A program made the position numbers and the translations under genes. Below are positions 1 through 9,264 of a stretch of DNA of 56,880 bases, in pieces (positions within the stretch are counted from its first letter, which is position 1; the number at the start of each line of letters is the position of its first letter). The DNA lies in contig JBIOII010000004.1 in assembly GCA_044449785.1 (NCBI GenBank), positions 1 to 56,880 on the forward strand, given 5' to 3'. The stretch is from Candidatus Limnocylindrales bacterium. GTDB lineage: Bacteria > Chloroflexota > Limnocylindria > Limnocylindrales > CSP1-4. The notes below the pieces were generated by a model. It did not search any database. It was not told the origin of the DNA and saw only the letters and a program-made list of their open reading frames with translations.

Positions 1-19
1 AAATGGAGACCGGCGACTC

Positions 20-1756
20 ATGATCGAAGGCGGGACCAACGAAGAGTTCGTGGACGAGATCCACGTCCAGACCGTCGAGGAAGATCCGGCGCTCGCGCTG
101 CCGTTCCGGGCGAAGATGGAGATCCTCGTCGCGGTCATGCTCGGCCTGTTCCTCGGGTCCCTCGACCAGACCATCGTCTCGGTCGCCCTGCCCCGGATCG
201 TAACCGACCTCAACGGCAACGATTTGTACGTCTGGGTCGTCACGATCTACCTGCTCACGAGCACGATCAGCGTTCCGTTCTGGGGCAAGCTGTCGGACCT
301 CTACGGTCGCAAGCCGATCTTCATGATCGGCATCGGGATCTTCCTCGTTGGCTCGGCGCTCTCGGGCCTGAGCCAGTCGATGTGGGAGCTTATCCTCTTC
401 CGGGGCATCCAGGGCGTCGGGGCGGGATCCCTGTTCCCGGTCGCCCTCGCGGTCATCGGCGACCTTTTCACGCCGGCCGAGCGAGGCAAGTATCAGGGCC
501 TGTTCGGGGCCGTTTTCGGGATCGCGTTCATCATCGGGCCAGCACTCGGTGGCGTGATCACCGACACCGTTGGCTGGCACTGGATCTTCTACGTCAACAT
601 CCCGATTGGGCTTGTCTCGCTGTACTTCATCGGGCGCCTCCTCCCCACGGTGAAGAGCGCCCGAGCGACGCGGAACTTCGATGTCCTCGGCGGGACCGTC
701 TTCACCCTGGCGATCGGCTGCCTGCTCGTCGGCCTCACGAATAAGGGCATCACCAGCGCGACCACACACCTGCTCAACCCCTGGACCGACCCCTCAGTCG
801 GCGGTCTCATCCTGGTCGCGTTCGTCGGGATCGGCCTGTTCCTCCTGGCTGAGGCGCGGGCCAAAGAGCCGATCATCCCGCTTGGCCTGTTCCGCATCTG
901 GACCTACTCGAGCTCGATGATCGCGACCTTCTTCGCTGCCTTTGCCTTCTTCGGCTCGATCATCTTCCTGCCGCGCTGGTTCCAGTTCGTGAAGGGCTAC
1001 TCCGCCACCGCGTCCGGCTACGCGGCCCTCCCGCTGCTCGCCGGGCTGATCGCGAGCTCGATCGTCTCCGGCCAGATCGTTGCCCGCACCGGTCGCTACA
1101 AGTGGCTCACCGTCGTCTCGATTGTCATCATGGGTGTCGGCGCCGCACTGATGACCCAGCTCTCGGCGACCACGCCGTTGCCGCTCCTGTGGCTGTGGAT
1201 GTTCATCGCCGGCGTCGGGGTCGGACCGACCTTCACCGTCTTCACGATCATCGTCCAGAATGCGGTGCCCTTCAACGAGCTCGGGGTCGCTACGTCCAGC
1301 CTGACGTTCTTCCGCCAGATCGGAGGCACGATCGCCCTCGCAATCGCCGGGACCCTGTTCGAGACCGCGTTCAACGATCAACTCGTCCCTCAGATGACGT
1401 CGGCCGGCGTGCCACCGCAGGTCGTCTCAGGAATCCAGCAGGCCAGCGCGACGGGCGGCTTCGACCTCAACCAAGTGTCAGGAGTCGGCCTTGACCTCGG
1501 CAAGGCGATCCTGGCGGCCTTGCCGTCGCAGATCCAGAGCACCGTTACTCCGTTCGTGCCGAGCATCGTGAACGGGATCTACGGTGCGTTCAGCACAGCC
1601 GTCGGCCAGACGTTCTATATCGGCATCGGCGCTGCCGCGATCGCTGCGGTCGTGGCCGCCACGATGCACGAGCATCCGTTGCGGACGGCGAATGGGACCC
1701 CGGCGCTCGCGCCTACTAAGGAAAGCAGCGGACCGGGCGCCTCAGCCCTGTCCTAG
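20..1756 (+). CDS. MFS drug:H+ antiporter, DHA2 (EmrB/QacA-like, 14-TMS)
   Basis: 578 aa hydrophobic ORF; LDQTIVSVALP, motif A GKLSDLYGRK, RGIQGVG, GPALGG; GGAG upstream. Confidence 0.93.
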   Translation: MIEGGTNEEFVDEIHVQTVEEDPALALPFRAKMEILVAVMLGLFLGSLDQTIVSVALPRIVTDLNGNDLYVWVVTIYLLTSTISVPFWGKLSDLYGRKPIFMIGIGIFLVGSALSGLSQSMWELILFRGIQGVGAGSLFPVALAVIGDLFTPAERGKYQGLFGAVFGIAFIIGPALGGVITDTVGWHWIFYVNIPIGLVSLYFIGRLLPTVKSARATRNFDVLGGTVFTLAIGCLLVGLTNKGITSATTHLLNPWTDPSVGGLILVAFVGIGLFLLAEARAKEPIIPLGLFRIWTYSSSMIATFFAAFAFFGSIIFLPRWFQFVKGYSATASGYAALPLLAGLIASSIVSGQIVARTGRYKWLTVVSIVIMGVGAALMTQLSATTPLPLLWLWMFIAGVGVGPTFTVFTIIVQNAVPFNELGVATSSLTFFRQIGGTIALAIAGTLFETAFNDQLVPQMTSAGVPPQVVSGIQQASATGGFDLNQVSGVGLDLGKAILAALPSQIQSTVTPFVPSIVNGIYGAFSTAVGQTFYIGIGAAAIAAVVAATMHEHPLRTANGTPALAPTKESSGPGASALS

Positions 1757-1801
1757 CCGGGGCCCACGCCAGCCCGCTGCGACTCTTCATCGAGCGAAGG
1801 C

Positions 1802-1997
1802 CCAGAGAGCATTTAGCACCGCGCTTGTCGGCCGCCCACCTGCCCCCGGTCACGCAGCTGAATCTTTCAGAAGTGCCTGCTAAACCGGTCAGAAGATTAG
1901 GCTCTGTAACGCGAATTAGACGCTGAGGACCAGAGAGCCTAATTGGAGTTGAAATGGGCGATTCGTGAGGGAACTTCACGAGGAGAGCACCGCGCTT
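1802..1997. repeat. AT-richer intergenic segment with short direct and inverted repeats abutting the tRNA fragment
   Basis: AGCACCGCGCTT at 1815-1826 and 1986-1997; CCAGAGAGC at 1802-1810 and 1930-1938; inverted ATTAGGCTCT (1896-1905)/AGAGCCTAAT (1934-1943); about 48% GC over 1861-1980 by hand count. Confidence 0.6.
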
Positions 1998-2009
1998 CCG
2001 AGATTCCGA

Positions 2010-2048
2010 CTTGGAAGGCTGACGCTCTACCGACTGAGCTACTCCCGC
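2010..2048 (-). tRNA. 5' half of tRNA-Gly (anticodon TCC); 3' half absent
   Basis: Minus strand GCGGGAG TA GCTC AGTCGGTA GAGC G TCAGC CTTCCAA G gives acceptor 5' strand, D arm and anticodon loop; no GTTCGA T-loop, CTCCCGC or CCA follows. Confidence 0.85.
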
Positions 2049-2073
2049 CGGACGCCGGATCGGCTACCGAGCG

Positions 2074-2082
2074 AGCCTATCA
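2074..2082 (-). promoter_or_regulatory. Putative extended -10 promoter upstream of the tRNA-Gly half
   Basis: TGATAGGCT (TGn-TAnnnT) about 25 nt upstream of the tRNA 5' end. Confidence 0.45.
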
Positions 2083-2276
2083 TGGCCCTCGCCGGTGCGC
2101 CAGGCAGCGGATACGGCCTTGAGGCCGGCGTCAAGGTCTCGAGCGCGACCCGACCATTGATCTCAGGTTCGTCCGAGAAATCGACCATTGAAGCGCCCGT
2201 CCTGGAACCGTAGGCCGCTAGCCTGGGCGATCCCGCACCCGGTCACAAGCTGTCGCTTCCAAAGCTCAGCTCGATG

Positions 2277-3953
2277 TCACCAGATGCCGTTGATCACCAG
2301 CCGAGCCCCCCAGTCGGCCATGGCACCCGGCGTCTCATAGCGGACCTGGCTCCAACCGTGCGTATACGGCGAGCTGACTGCGAGGTACGGGAACCCATTG
2401 GCTTTCAGGATCTTTTCGAAGCTCTGGGCCTCCGGGCCGTAGAACTTCTGGCCCATACAAGCGATGACGTCGAAGTACATCCTGGGCCGTTCCTTTGCCG
2501 GGATCTGAGGAGCCAGCACGGCCGGCGAATGCGAATTGATCCCTTCCGCATTGCCGAACGGCAGGGCCGAGCTCGTGCCCGCTGCCCCTGCCCAGAAGTA
2601 GCCGGAGAAGGAGATCGAGATGCCGAAGACGTCGGGGTGGCGCATCTCCAGCATGGTCGCGCAGAATCCGCCCGCGGACATGCCCATGATCCCTCTAGCC
2701 CTCGGGTCCTTGATGGTCTTGTAGCGCGAGTCCACCCAGTTGGGGACGGTCGTTGATATGTACTGCTCGAACCACTGAGAGGCGTTCATCGCGTCGGCGC
2801 ACTGCGTGTCGCCGTATGGGGCACCCAGGGAGTCGATGAAGACGACGATCGTCGCCGGCATCTGCCCCGAATCGATCAGATCGTCGAGCGCCGATAGAAC
2901 ATGAGTGCCCTTGTCCCACAGCGCAATCCCAGTGGGCGCCTCGTACAGGACCGGATACAGCCGGTCCGCGTAGTTGTCGTAACCGGGCGGCGTATAGATG
3001 TCGATCTCGGAGGTCGACTTGGTACCGCCGACCCACGGCGCGGGCAGGTTGACCATCGTGAGATGACCGATGCCGGTCGGCTTCCAGGCCAGCCACGGCT
3101 TCGTCCCGGGTTTGGCGGCCTTGAATGGCGTGGCCGGCGCGGATGCCGACGTCGTGGCGGTCGAGCTGGCAGATGTGGTCGGGGTTGAAGTCGGGGTGGG
3201 AGAGGCCGTCAACTCGGTGACCGGACTCACATTCGGGATCGAGTTACCCGGCGCGAGACCCTGGTACTGGCTTCCGGCGAGCATCAAGGCGTCGGGCGAG
3301 AGATTGACCATGTCGCCGAATGCCGGGACGGTGACCACGAGCAGGACGAGAACGAGGGCGGCGGCGATCGGTCGACGGGCCAGCTGCCGGCTCGGACGTC
3401 GCGTCCGGACAATTTCACGAAGGGCCACGCCGGAGGCGATCAACGACGGCCGGACCGCGGCCGCGATCGTGGCTCCGGCCCAGGATGCGATCACGGCGAT
3501 CATGGCCAGGGTGACGAGCGTGAGCACCCAGCCGATGAGATCGAAACTGCCGAGGGCACCGGTCGCTCCTAAGGCGTTCTGGGTCTCGGTCACGAACGTC
3601 TGCGTGAACAACGCCACGACCGAGCCGGCGCCGAGCAACGTGGCAAACGCGATTCGATTGACCACCACCGTCACGGCTGCCGAAGCGATCGCGGCGATGA
3701 TCAGCGATGTGATCAGCTGGGCTCGGTCCGGGTCGAAGCCCATCAAGACCAGGGCCGCGTCGGTGGACTGGACGGTGGCCGACAAGATGGATCCCAGAAC
3801 CACCGCGGCGGCGATTGCCACGCCCGCCGGAATCCAGGCGTGTTTCTCGAAGCGAACACCGGGGCGAGGTACTCCGGCGAGGGCTGCCGGCACAGCCGTA
3901 GCCTTGACGCGGCCAGCCCTGGGGAGGGCGACCTGCGGGAGCGAGACTCTCAT
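2277..3953 (-). CDS. Membrane-anchored alpha/beta-hydrolase (putative esterase)
   Basis: N-terminal TM helices, S/T/P linker, then IYTPPGY..YPVLY, nucleophile elbow GMSAGG, C-terminal HGW; ATG overlaps upstream stop (ATGA). Confidence 0.8.
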   Translation of the reverse strand: MRVSLPQVALPRAGRVKATAVPAALAGVPRPGVRFEKHAWIPAGVAIAAAVVLGSILSATVQSTDAALVLMGFDPDRAQLITSLIIAAIASAAVTVVVNRIAFATLLGAGSVVALFTQTFVTETQNALGATGALGSFDLIGWVLTLVTLAMIAVIASWAGATIAAAVRPSLIASGVALREIVRTRRPSRQLARRPIAAALVLVLLVVTVPAFGDMVNLSPDALMLAGSQYQGLAPGNSIPNVSPVTELTASPTPTSTPTTSASSTATTSASAPATPFKAAKPGTKPWLAWKPTGIGHLTMVNLPAPWVGGTKSTSEIDIYTPPGYDNYADRLYPVLYEAPTGIALWDKGTHVLSALDDLIDSGQMPATIVVFIDSLGAPYGDTQCADAMNASQWFEQYISTTVPNWVDSRYKTIKDPRARGIMGMSAGGFCATMLEMRHPDVFGISISFSGYFWAGAAGTSSALPFGNAEGINSHSPAVLAPQIPAKERPRMYFDVIACMGQKFYGPEAQSFEKILKANGFPYLAVSSPYTHGWSQVRYETPGAMADWGARLVINGIW

Positions 3954-5671
3954 GCGACGGCGACCTGCCTCGCCTTTCGTCGGAGACCCGGCAAGTGGAT
4001 GGCGCCGGCGAGATGGATCCGAAGCAGCCCGATAACGAAGGCGATCAGGTCCCTCCGGCGGCGGATGGCTCCGTAGCGCGGGATCCAGTAAGGGTCGAAC
4101 TTGTTCTTGAAGCGGGCAAGACCGCTCACGTCGTACCACGGGTGAACGAGCCGACCGCCGTTTGCGAGAAGCCGCTCCTCGAACGTCGGGCTCGAGGGAT
4201 CAAGGCCGGCCAGCGGGGCCAGACCGAGCGAGAGGGTTCGGGCGCCGGTCGCACGGAACGCGACGGCCGCTTCGGCGAGGCAGGCCTCAACGGCGCCGGG
4301 TGGACCGTCCGGTGCGCGGCGCATCAAATCCAACACCCAACCTCCGTCGACCCCCGTTCTGCGGAAGGTAGTGTAAGCGAGTGGGCGTCCCGCCGGACTA
4401 ACGGCAACCGAGACCGGATGCGATGAAAGAGTGGCACGGTCGAACTGGCTAATGGTGAACCCCATCTGGGGGCCGGCTTTCTTGCGCCACGTCTCGTCGA
4501 TCGCGGCGAGGTCGTCCAGAAGGGCGATTTCCTCGAGCGGAATACCATCCCCGAACCAGCGGAAGACGACACCGTCCTTGCGGCAACGCGTGATGGTGTG
4601 ACGGAGGTTCGCCCGTCGCGCTCCTGTCGTGTCGAATGTGGAGAGATCGATCAGGGCCTCTTCGCCCACCTTGAACAGCCGGAAGCCGGCTCCGATCAGT
4701 GTCGTTCGCCCTGCGGCGCTGGCCTGGTATACGACCGGCACGCGGTCCGCCTTTCGACAATGCTCCAGGAATTCGCTCATGACCCGGGAGGCGGACTCGG
4801 GTGGGCCGATCAGGTCTCCCAGAACGACCGCGGTCCGCCCCGCGAGGCCGTACACGACCAGGCCGTCGGCGTCAGGCGGCGAGAAGACGAGCTTGTCCTC
4901 ACCGAGCTGGAAGGGCAGGAGCGCGCCGCACCCGTACCGGGCGGCGATCGACCGGGCCCGAGCCCTGGTCGTGGGATCGGCCGGCGGTTCGGCGACGCGG
5001 CTCAGGACTCCGAGCGCCGCGAGGACGATCGGCAGGCGCGAAGCCAGCAGCAGCAGGCCGAGGATGGCGTCGCGACTGGTTTGATGCAGCACCCGATCCG
5101 CAGTGGAGTCGCTGAGACCGAGGGCATTGCCGATGGCCGCGGTTATGTCGCTTGCGGCTGTTAGCGGCCCGGGCCATGTCCCCGTCGTGGCGATGATCAA
5201 CGAGGTCTCGAGGCCGACGGCGAGCCCACCGATGACGACCAGTGCCACGATCGCGCGGCGCCAGCCGATATCGGTCTCGACGATGTAGCGGCGACGGTCG
5301 GCGAGCAGGACCGCCAGCAAGCCCCCAACCACGATTGCGACGATGGGATGGGACAGAGCCTGGGCCTGGGCCAGAAGGGAAACCGCGAGCGTCGCCATCG
5401 CGAGCCACCACGCAACGGCCTTGCCGCGAATCAGGCCTATGGTCACTGCCGCGAGGCCGATCGCGGAGAGGATCGCGACGACCGGATCCGCGTCCGCCGG
5501 GTCCACCGGGAGAAAGCCGTCCAGGAAGTCGGCCACAGGCCGTAGGACCGCAAAGAAATAGGCGAGAGCCGCCAGCGCGCTCACCGCCAGGAGAATCGCC
5601 GGCGCTGACGATGAGACGTGGAGCGCCGTGCGGAGAGGCCCGCGGCCTCGAGCCAGTGTCTGGTCTGTCAT
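3950..5671 (-). CDS. MprF/LysX-like aminoacyl-lipid synthase (TM region plus DUF2156/LPG synthase C domain)
   Basis: KVGEEALIDL, LDLMRR, LSLGLAPLAG, GLARFKNKFDPYWIPRY are typical of the aminoacyl-tRNA transferase domain. Confidence 0.88.
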   Translation of the reverse strand: MTDQTLARGRGPLRTALHVSSSAPAILLAVSALAALAYFFAVLRPVADFLDGFLPVDPADADPVVAILSAIGLAAVTIGLIRGKAVAWWLAMATLAVSLLAQAQALSHPIVAIVVGGLLAVLLADRRRYIVETDIGWRRAIVALVVIGGLAVGLETSLIIATTGTWPGPLTAASDITAAIGNALGLSDSTADRVLHQTSRDAILGLLLLASRLPIVLAALGVLSRVAEPPADPTTRARARSIAARYGCGALLPFQLGEDKLVFSPPDADGLVVYGLAGRTAVVLGDLIGPPESASRVMSEFLEHCRKADRVPVVYQASAAGRTTLIGAGFRLFKVGEEALIDLSTFDTTGARRANLRHTITRCRKDGVVFRWFGDGIPLEEIALLDDLAAIDETWRKKAGPQMGFTISQFDRATLSSHPVSVAVSPAGRPLAYTTFRRTGVDGGWVLDLMRRAPDGPPGAVEACLAEAAVAFRATGARTLSLGLAPLAGLDPSSPTFEERLLANGGRLVHPWYDVSGLARFKNKFDPYWIPRYGAIRRRRDLIAFVIGLLRIHLAGAIHLPGLRRKARQVAVA

Positions 5672-5881
5672 GGTGCGAGTCGCGGTCGGCGTCCTACGGC
5701 CCCGAGAGGGACGACTGTAACGCGACCGTGACCAATGCCAGTGTAGTGCTCATACACACCGTCTGACGCATTTGGGCAGTCGAAGGTGCCGCCGCGGGCG
5801 CGGCCGAGCCCGGCGTTGCGCCGGGCGGGCCGCTTCGAGCTCGAGCTCTTTCCCCTCATCGTCAGGACGCTCCCAACATGC

Positions 5882-6517
5882 CTACCCAGATTTCGGCTCC
5901 GTGGCAACAAGCTCGAAGTGATCGGCGATCGCCGGTATCTCCAGGTCCTCGAGTTCGGTGCCCCGCAGGGGGTCATTGAGTCGACCACCAGTGGCTCCCA
6001 GCAGCAAGTCCCATTCGGACCAGGCTGTCAACACGATCACGGGTACTTGGCCGGCTTCAGACGCCGATTCTCCATCTATTCCGAGGCCCGCGACCGCAGT
6101 CAGGAGACCCTCCGTGGCGACGAGCTGATCGACAGGCACGAGTGCCCGCCGCTCCCAAATCGCCATCGACCCGGCTGCGATCGAGGTCCTGTACAGTCGC
6201 AGAACTCGAGCTCCCTCGCTGCCGACTCCAGTCGAGGCTACCACACGATAGCGGCTCCGGGTCGTGTCGCCAAGAAGCGAAGCCTTGGGAGCGAGGTAGC
6301 TGGGGATGCCGGCCGAATCCGTCCCGCGCTCCATCGCAGCTTCGTCGCGCCACACACTTGCAGCGAGGTGTTCCCGGCCGTTCTTGCCGAGGCGACGTCC
6401 GAGGAAGCACGTAATCATGCCCTCGGGGGCCGGGGCGATCACCTGGTGGTGAAGGTAGCCTGCCACCTCGGCGTCGAATCCGGGCACGACTCTGTATTCC
6501 AGCAGGCTGATGAGCAC
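5882..6517 (-). CDS. Hypothetical protein with two tandem ABM-like (dimeric alpha+beta barrel) repeats
   Basis: Two similar halves (YRVVPG..EG..SVWRD and TSIAAG..EG..TAWSE); GTG start inferred; TAGAAT upstream. Confidence 0.5.
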   Translation of the reverse strand: MLISLLEYRVVPGFDAEVAGYLHHQVIAPAPEGMITCFLGRRLGKNGREHLAASVWRDEAAMERGTDSAGIPSYLAPKASLLGDTTRSRYRVVASTGVGSEGARVLRLYRTSIAAGSMAIWERRALVPVDQLVATEGLLTAVAGLGIDGESASEAGQVPVIVLTAWSEWDLLLGATGGRLNDPLRGTELEDLEIPAIADHFELVATEPKSG

Positions 6518-6707
6518 GATCGGAAGTGCCCCCGAACAAGAGAACCGATCTCCGAGGCCGCATTCTAGTCGCCGCTCGGCGAAATGAGCGAATGAACCGA
6601 TGAACGCCGCTCCGTGGCCGCGCAAGCGAGCCACCGCTCGTGTACCGTCACGGCGTTCCGGTCAGACGAGCCGAGGGACCTGCGCAGCACACGGAGCGAG
6701 GAACGCG

Positions 6708-7286
6708 ATGGCCCTGGACGTCATCGAACTTTCCGATGCCAGCTGGCAACGCCACGACTTCTACATGCGCCTCGCGCTGGTTGTCGAGTCGGGCGCGAAA
6801 TGCCTGGGATCGCACGTCGGGGCGGTGATCGTGCGCGACGATCGCGTCCTGGGAAGTGGATACAACGGCACGCCGGCCGGTTATCCCAACTGTACGGAGT
6901 CCGAACGCGGCTGCCGCCGCTGTGCGCTGCGCGCCGAGAAGCCGGATGCAAGCCTGTCGGGCAGGCTTTACGACATATGCCTGTGCGTCCACGCCGAGCA
7001 GAACGCCATGGCCACGGCCGCTCGTTTCGGCACGGCGATCGACGGCGCAATGCTCTACACCACTCTCCAGCCTTGCTTCAACTGCCTCAAGGAGCTAATG
7101 CAGATCAGGCTCCGCGGCGTCGTCTTCCTGCGGGAATGGCACGCCGGCCACCCCGACTATGCCTGGGTCGCCGCCGAGTACGATCGGCTCGTCGAACATT
7201 ACCGATCGAACGGCAATCGCTTCGCGCGCCTGGACCAGCGCGAGCCGATGCAGGCCGTCGGGCTCGAAATCGGCCACCCGGTCTAG
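6708..7286 (+). CDS. dCMP deaminase (ComEB family)
   Basis: VGAVIV..GYNGTP, HAEQNA, PCFNC zinc motifs; GAGG SD. Confidence 0.9.
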   Translation: MALDVIELSDASWQRHDFYMRLALVVESGAKCLGSHVGAVIVRDDRVLGSGYNGTPAGYPNCTESERGCRRCALRAEKPDASLSGRLYDICLCVHAEQNAMATAARFGTAIDGAMLYTTLQPCFNCLKELMQIRLRGVVFLREWHAGHPDYAWVAAEYDRLVEHYRSNGNRFARLDQREPMQAVGLEIGHPV

Positions 7287-7331
7287 CGCCGGGGACGACG
7301 GCCCGGCGCGAGACGGGGGTCGCGGGCCGGC

Positions 7332-8353
7332 TCAAACGATCGAGATCATCCGCTCCAGGGCCAACCGCGCCCTTGACGCGACTTCCGCAGGGATCTCGAT
7401 CTCGTGAATGCCGAGCCTGAGTGAATCGCGTAGTTTCTCGAGCGTTGTCAACTTCATGTACTGGCAGACCCTTCGCGATTGACCGGAACGAATCGCTTGC
7501 CGGGCGCCTTCTGGTGGAGCCGGTGCAGGATGCCGACTTCGGTCGCGACCAGGAAGCTGTCCGCGGTCGAATGCTCCGCGAACGTCACCATTCCCTCGGT
7601 CGACAGGATGTGGACGTCGTCGCCGGCAGCCTCGAGCACCTGGCTGGTGCAGCCGCATTCGGGATGGACGAGCAGCTCCGCGCCGGGCTCGGCACGACGC
7701 CACTGCTCAACGTCGGACGGCCGAATGCCCGCATGGACGTGGCACTCACCCAGCCAGATCGTGAGCTTGCGACCAGTGATCCGCTCGAGCCACATCCCGA
7801 GGAACATGTCGGGCAGGAACAGGATCTGGCGGTCGGCTGGGATGGCGTCGATGACGGCCCGGGCGTTGCTGGACGTGCAGCAGTAGTCGCTCTCAGCCTT
7901 GACCGCGGCCGTCGTGTTGACGTACGAGACCACGACCGCGCCGGGATGCTCAGCCTTCCATGCACGGAGCTGGTCCGCGGTTATCGAGTCGGCGAGCGAG
8001 CAGCCCGCGGTGAGGTCCGGCAGCAGCACGCGCTTCGACGGCGAGAGGATCTTCGCCGTCTCGGCCATGAAGGAGACGCCGCAGAAGACGATCGTCGACT
8101 CGGGCGCCGACGCGGCGATGCGAGACAGGCGGAGCGAGTCGCCGACGTGATCGGCCACGTCCTGGATCTCCGGCCGCTCGTAGCTGTGGGCCAGGATGAC
8201 GGCGTCGTGCTGTCGGGCCAGCTCGCGGATCTCGGACTGCAGACGCGGGAAGGCGGCAGCGTCGCCAGGCGGCGGCACGACCACAGCGGCGGGGCCGGTC
8301 GCCGGTTGGGCCGCGGCCGCAGGGTCGGCCACCGGGCCGAGCAGGGCGTTCAA
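7332..8353 (-). CDS. nadA: Quinolinate synthase, single-base frameshift near 7470
   Basis: [40 protein letters not shown]; C-terminal CQYMK..ALERM in another frame; TTG start overlaps nadC stop. Confidence 0.92.
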
Positions 8354-9264
8354 CCTGCCACCTCGAGCGAGACGTCGAGCGCCTTGACGGAGTGCGTCAG
8401 CGCGCCGATCGACACGAAGTCGACGCCCGTGGCGCCGATGGCGTGCAGGTTGTCCAGGGTGATGCCGCCGGACGCCTCGGTCTCGACTCGACCGCCGACG
8501 ATCGCGACGGCGCGGCGTAGCTCGTCGATGGTCATGTTGTCGAGGAGGATGCGGTTCACGCGGGCCGCAAGCGCCTCTCGAACGTCGTCGAGGGTCTCTG
8601 CCTCGACCTCCAGGCGCAACCGCGGCGCGGTCTCGCGCAGCCTTGCCGCAGCAGTCGCGATCCCGCCGGCAAGTCGCAGGTGGTTGTCTTTGACGAGCAG
8701 CGCCTCGCCGAGGTTGAGCCTGTGGTTGGTCCCGCCACCACAGCGGACGGCGTACTTCTCCAGCTCTCGCAACCCGGCGGTCGTCTTGCGGGTGTCGAGC
8801 AGGGTAGCCCCGGTCCCGTCCAGCTCGGCGACGCAACGCGCGGTCAGTGTGGCGATTCCGGACAGCCGGCCCAGCAGGTTGAGCGCGGAGCGTTCGCCCG
8901 AAAGGATGGCCCGCGTCGGGCCGGTCACGCGCGCCAGCTCGGCCGGAACGGCGGCGATTCGGTCGCCGTCGGCCACGGCGGGCGCGACGGTCACGTCCCG
9001 ATTGAGGGCACTAAACACTGCCGCGACGATCGACAGCCCGCACACCAAGCCGGGTTCCTTGACCAGGAGCGAGGTCACCGCCGTCGCCTCGGGCGTGAAC
9101 AGGCCATCGGTCGTGGGATCGCCGAGGGCTAGATCCTCGGCCAGCGCCGACGCCACGACCCGCGCCACCGCGTCGGGGTCCGGTGGTCGGATCTGCCGGC
9201 AGGCGGCCGGCGCGCCTGAAGCTGCGGCGGGGGCCTGGCCGGGGGTGGTTTCCGTGGCGGTCAC
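8350..9264 (-). CDS. nadC: Nicotinate-nucleotide pyrophosphorylase (QPRTase)
   Basis: [41 protein letters not shown]; GTG start overlaps nadB stop. Confidence 0.95.
   Translation of the reverse strand: MTATETTPGQAPAAASGAPAACRQIRPPDPDAVARVVASALAEDLALGDPTTDGLFTPEATAVTSLLVKEPGLVCGLSIVAAVFSALNRDVTVAPAVADGDRIAAVPAELARVTGPTRAILSGERSALNLLGRLSGIATLTARCVAELDGTGATLLDTRKTTAGLRELEKYAVRCGGGTNHRLNLGEALLVKDNHLRLAGGIATAAARLRETAPRLRLEVEAETLDDVREALAARVNRILLDNMTIDELRRAVAIVGGRVETEASGGITLDNLHAIGATGVDFVSIGALTHSVKALDVSLEVAG

Noticed and set aside
1757-2048. Intron-containing or complete non-proteinogenic tRNA-Gly
   Set aside because: No 3' exon, T-arm or CCA found before the MFS gene, and no recognisable group I core
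6708-7286. Anti-phage dCTP deaminase
   Set aside because: No fused P-loop kinase domain and no defence context; looks like an ordinary dCMP deaminase
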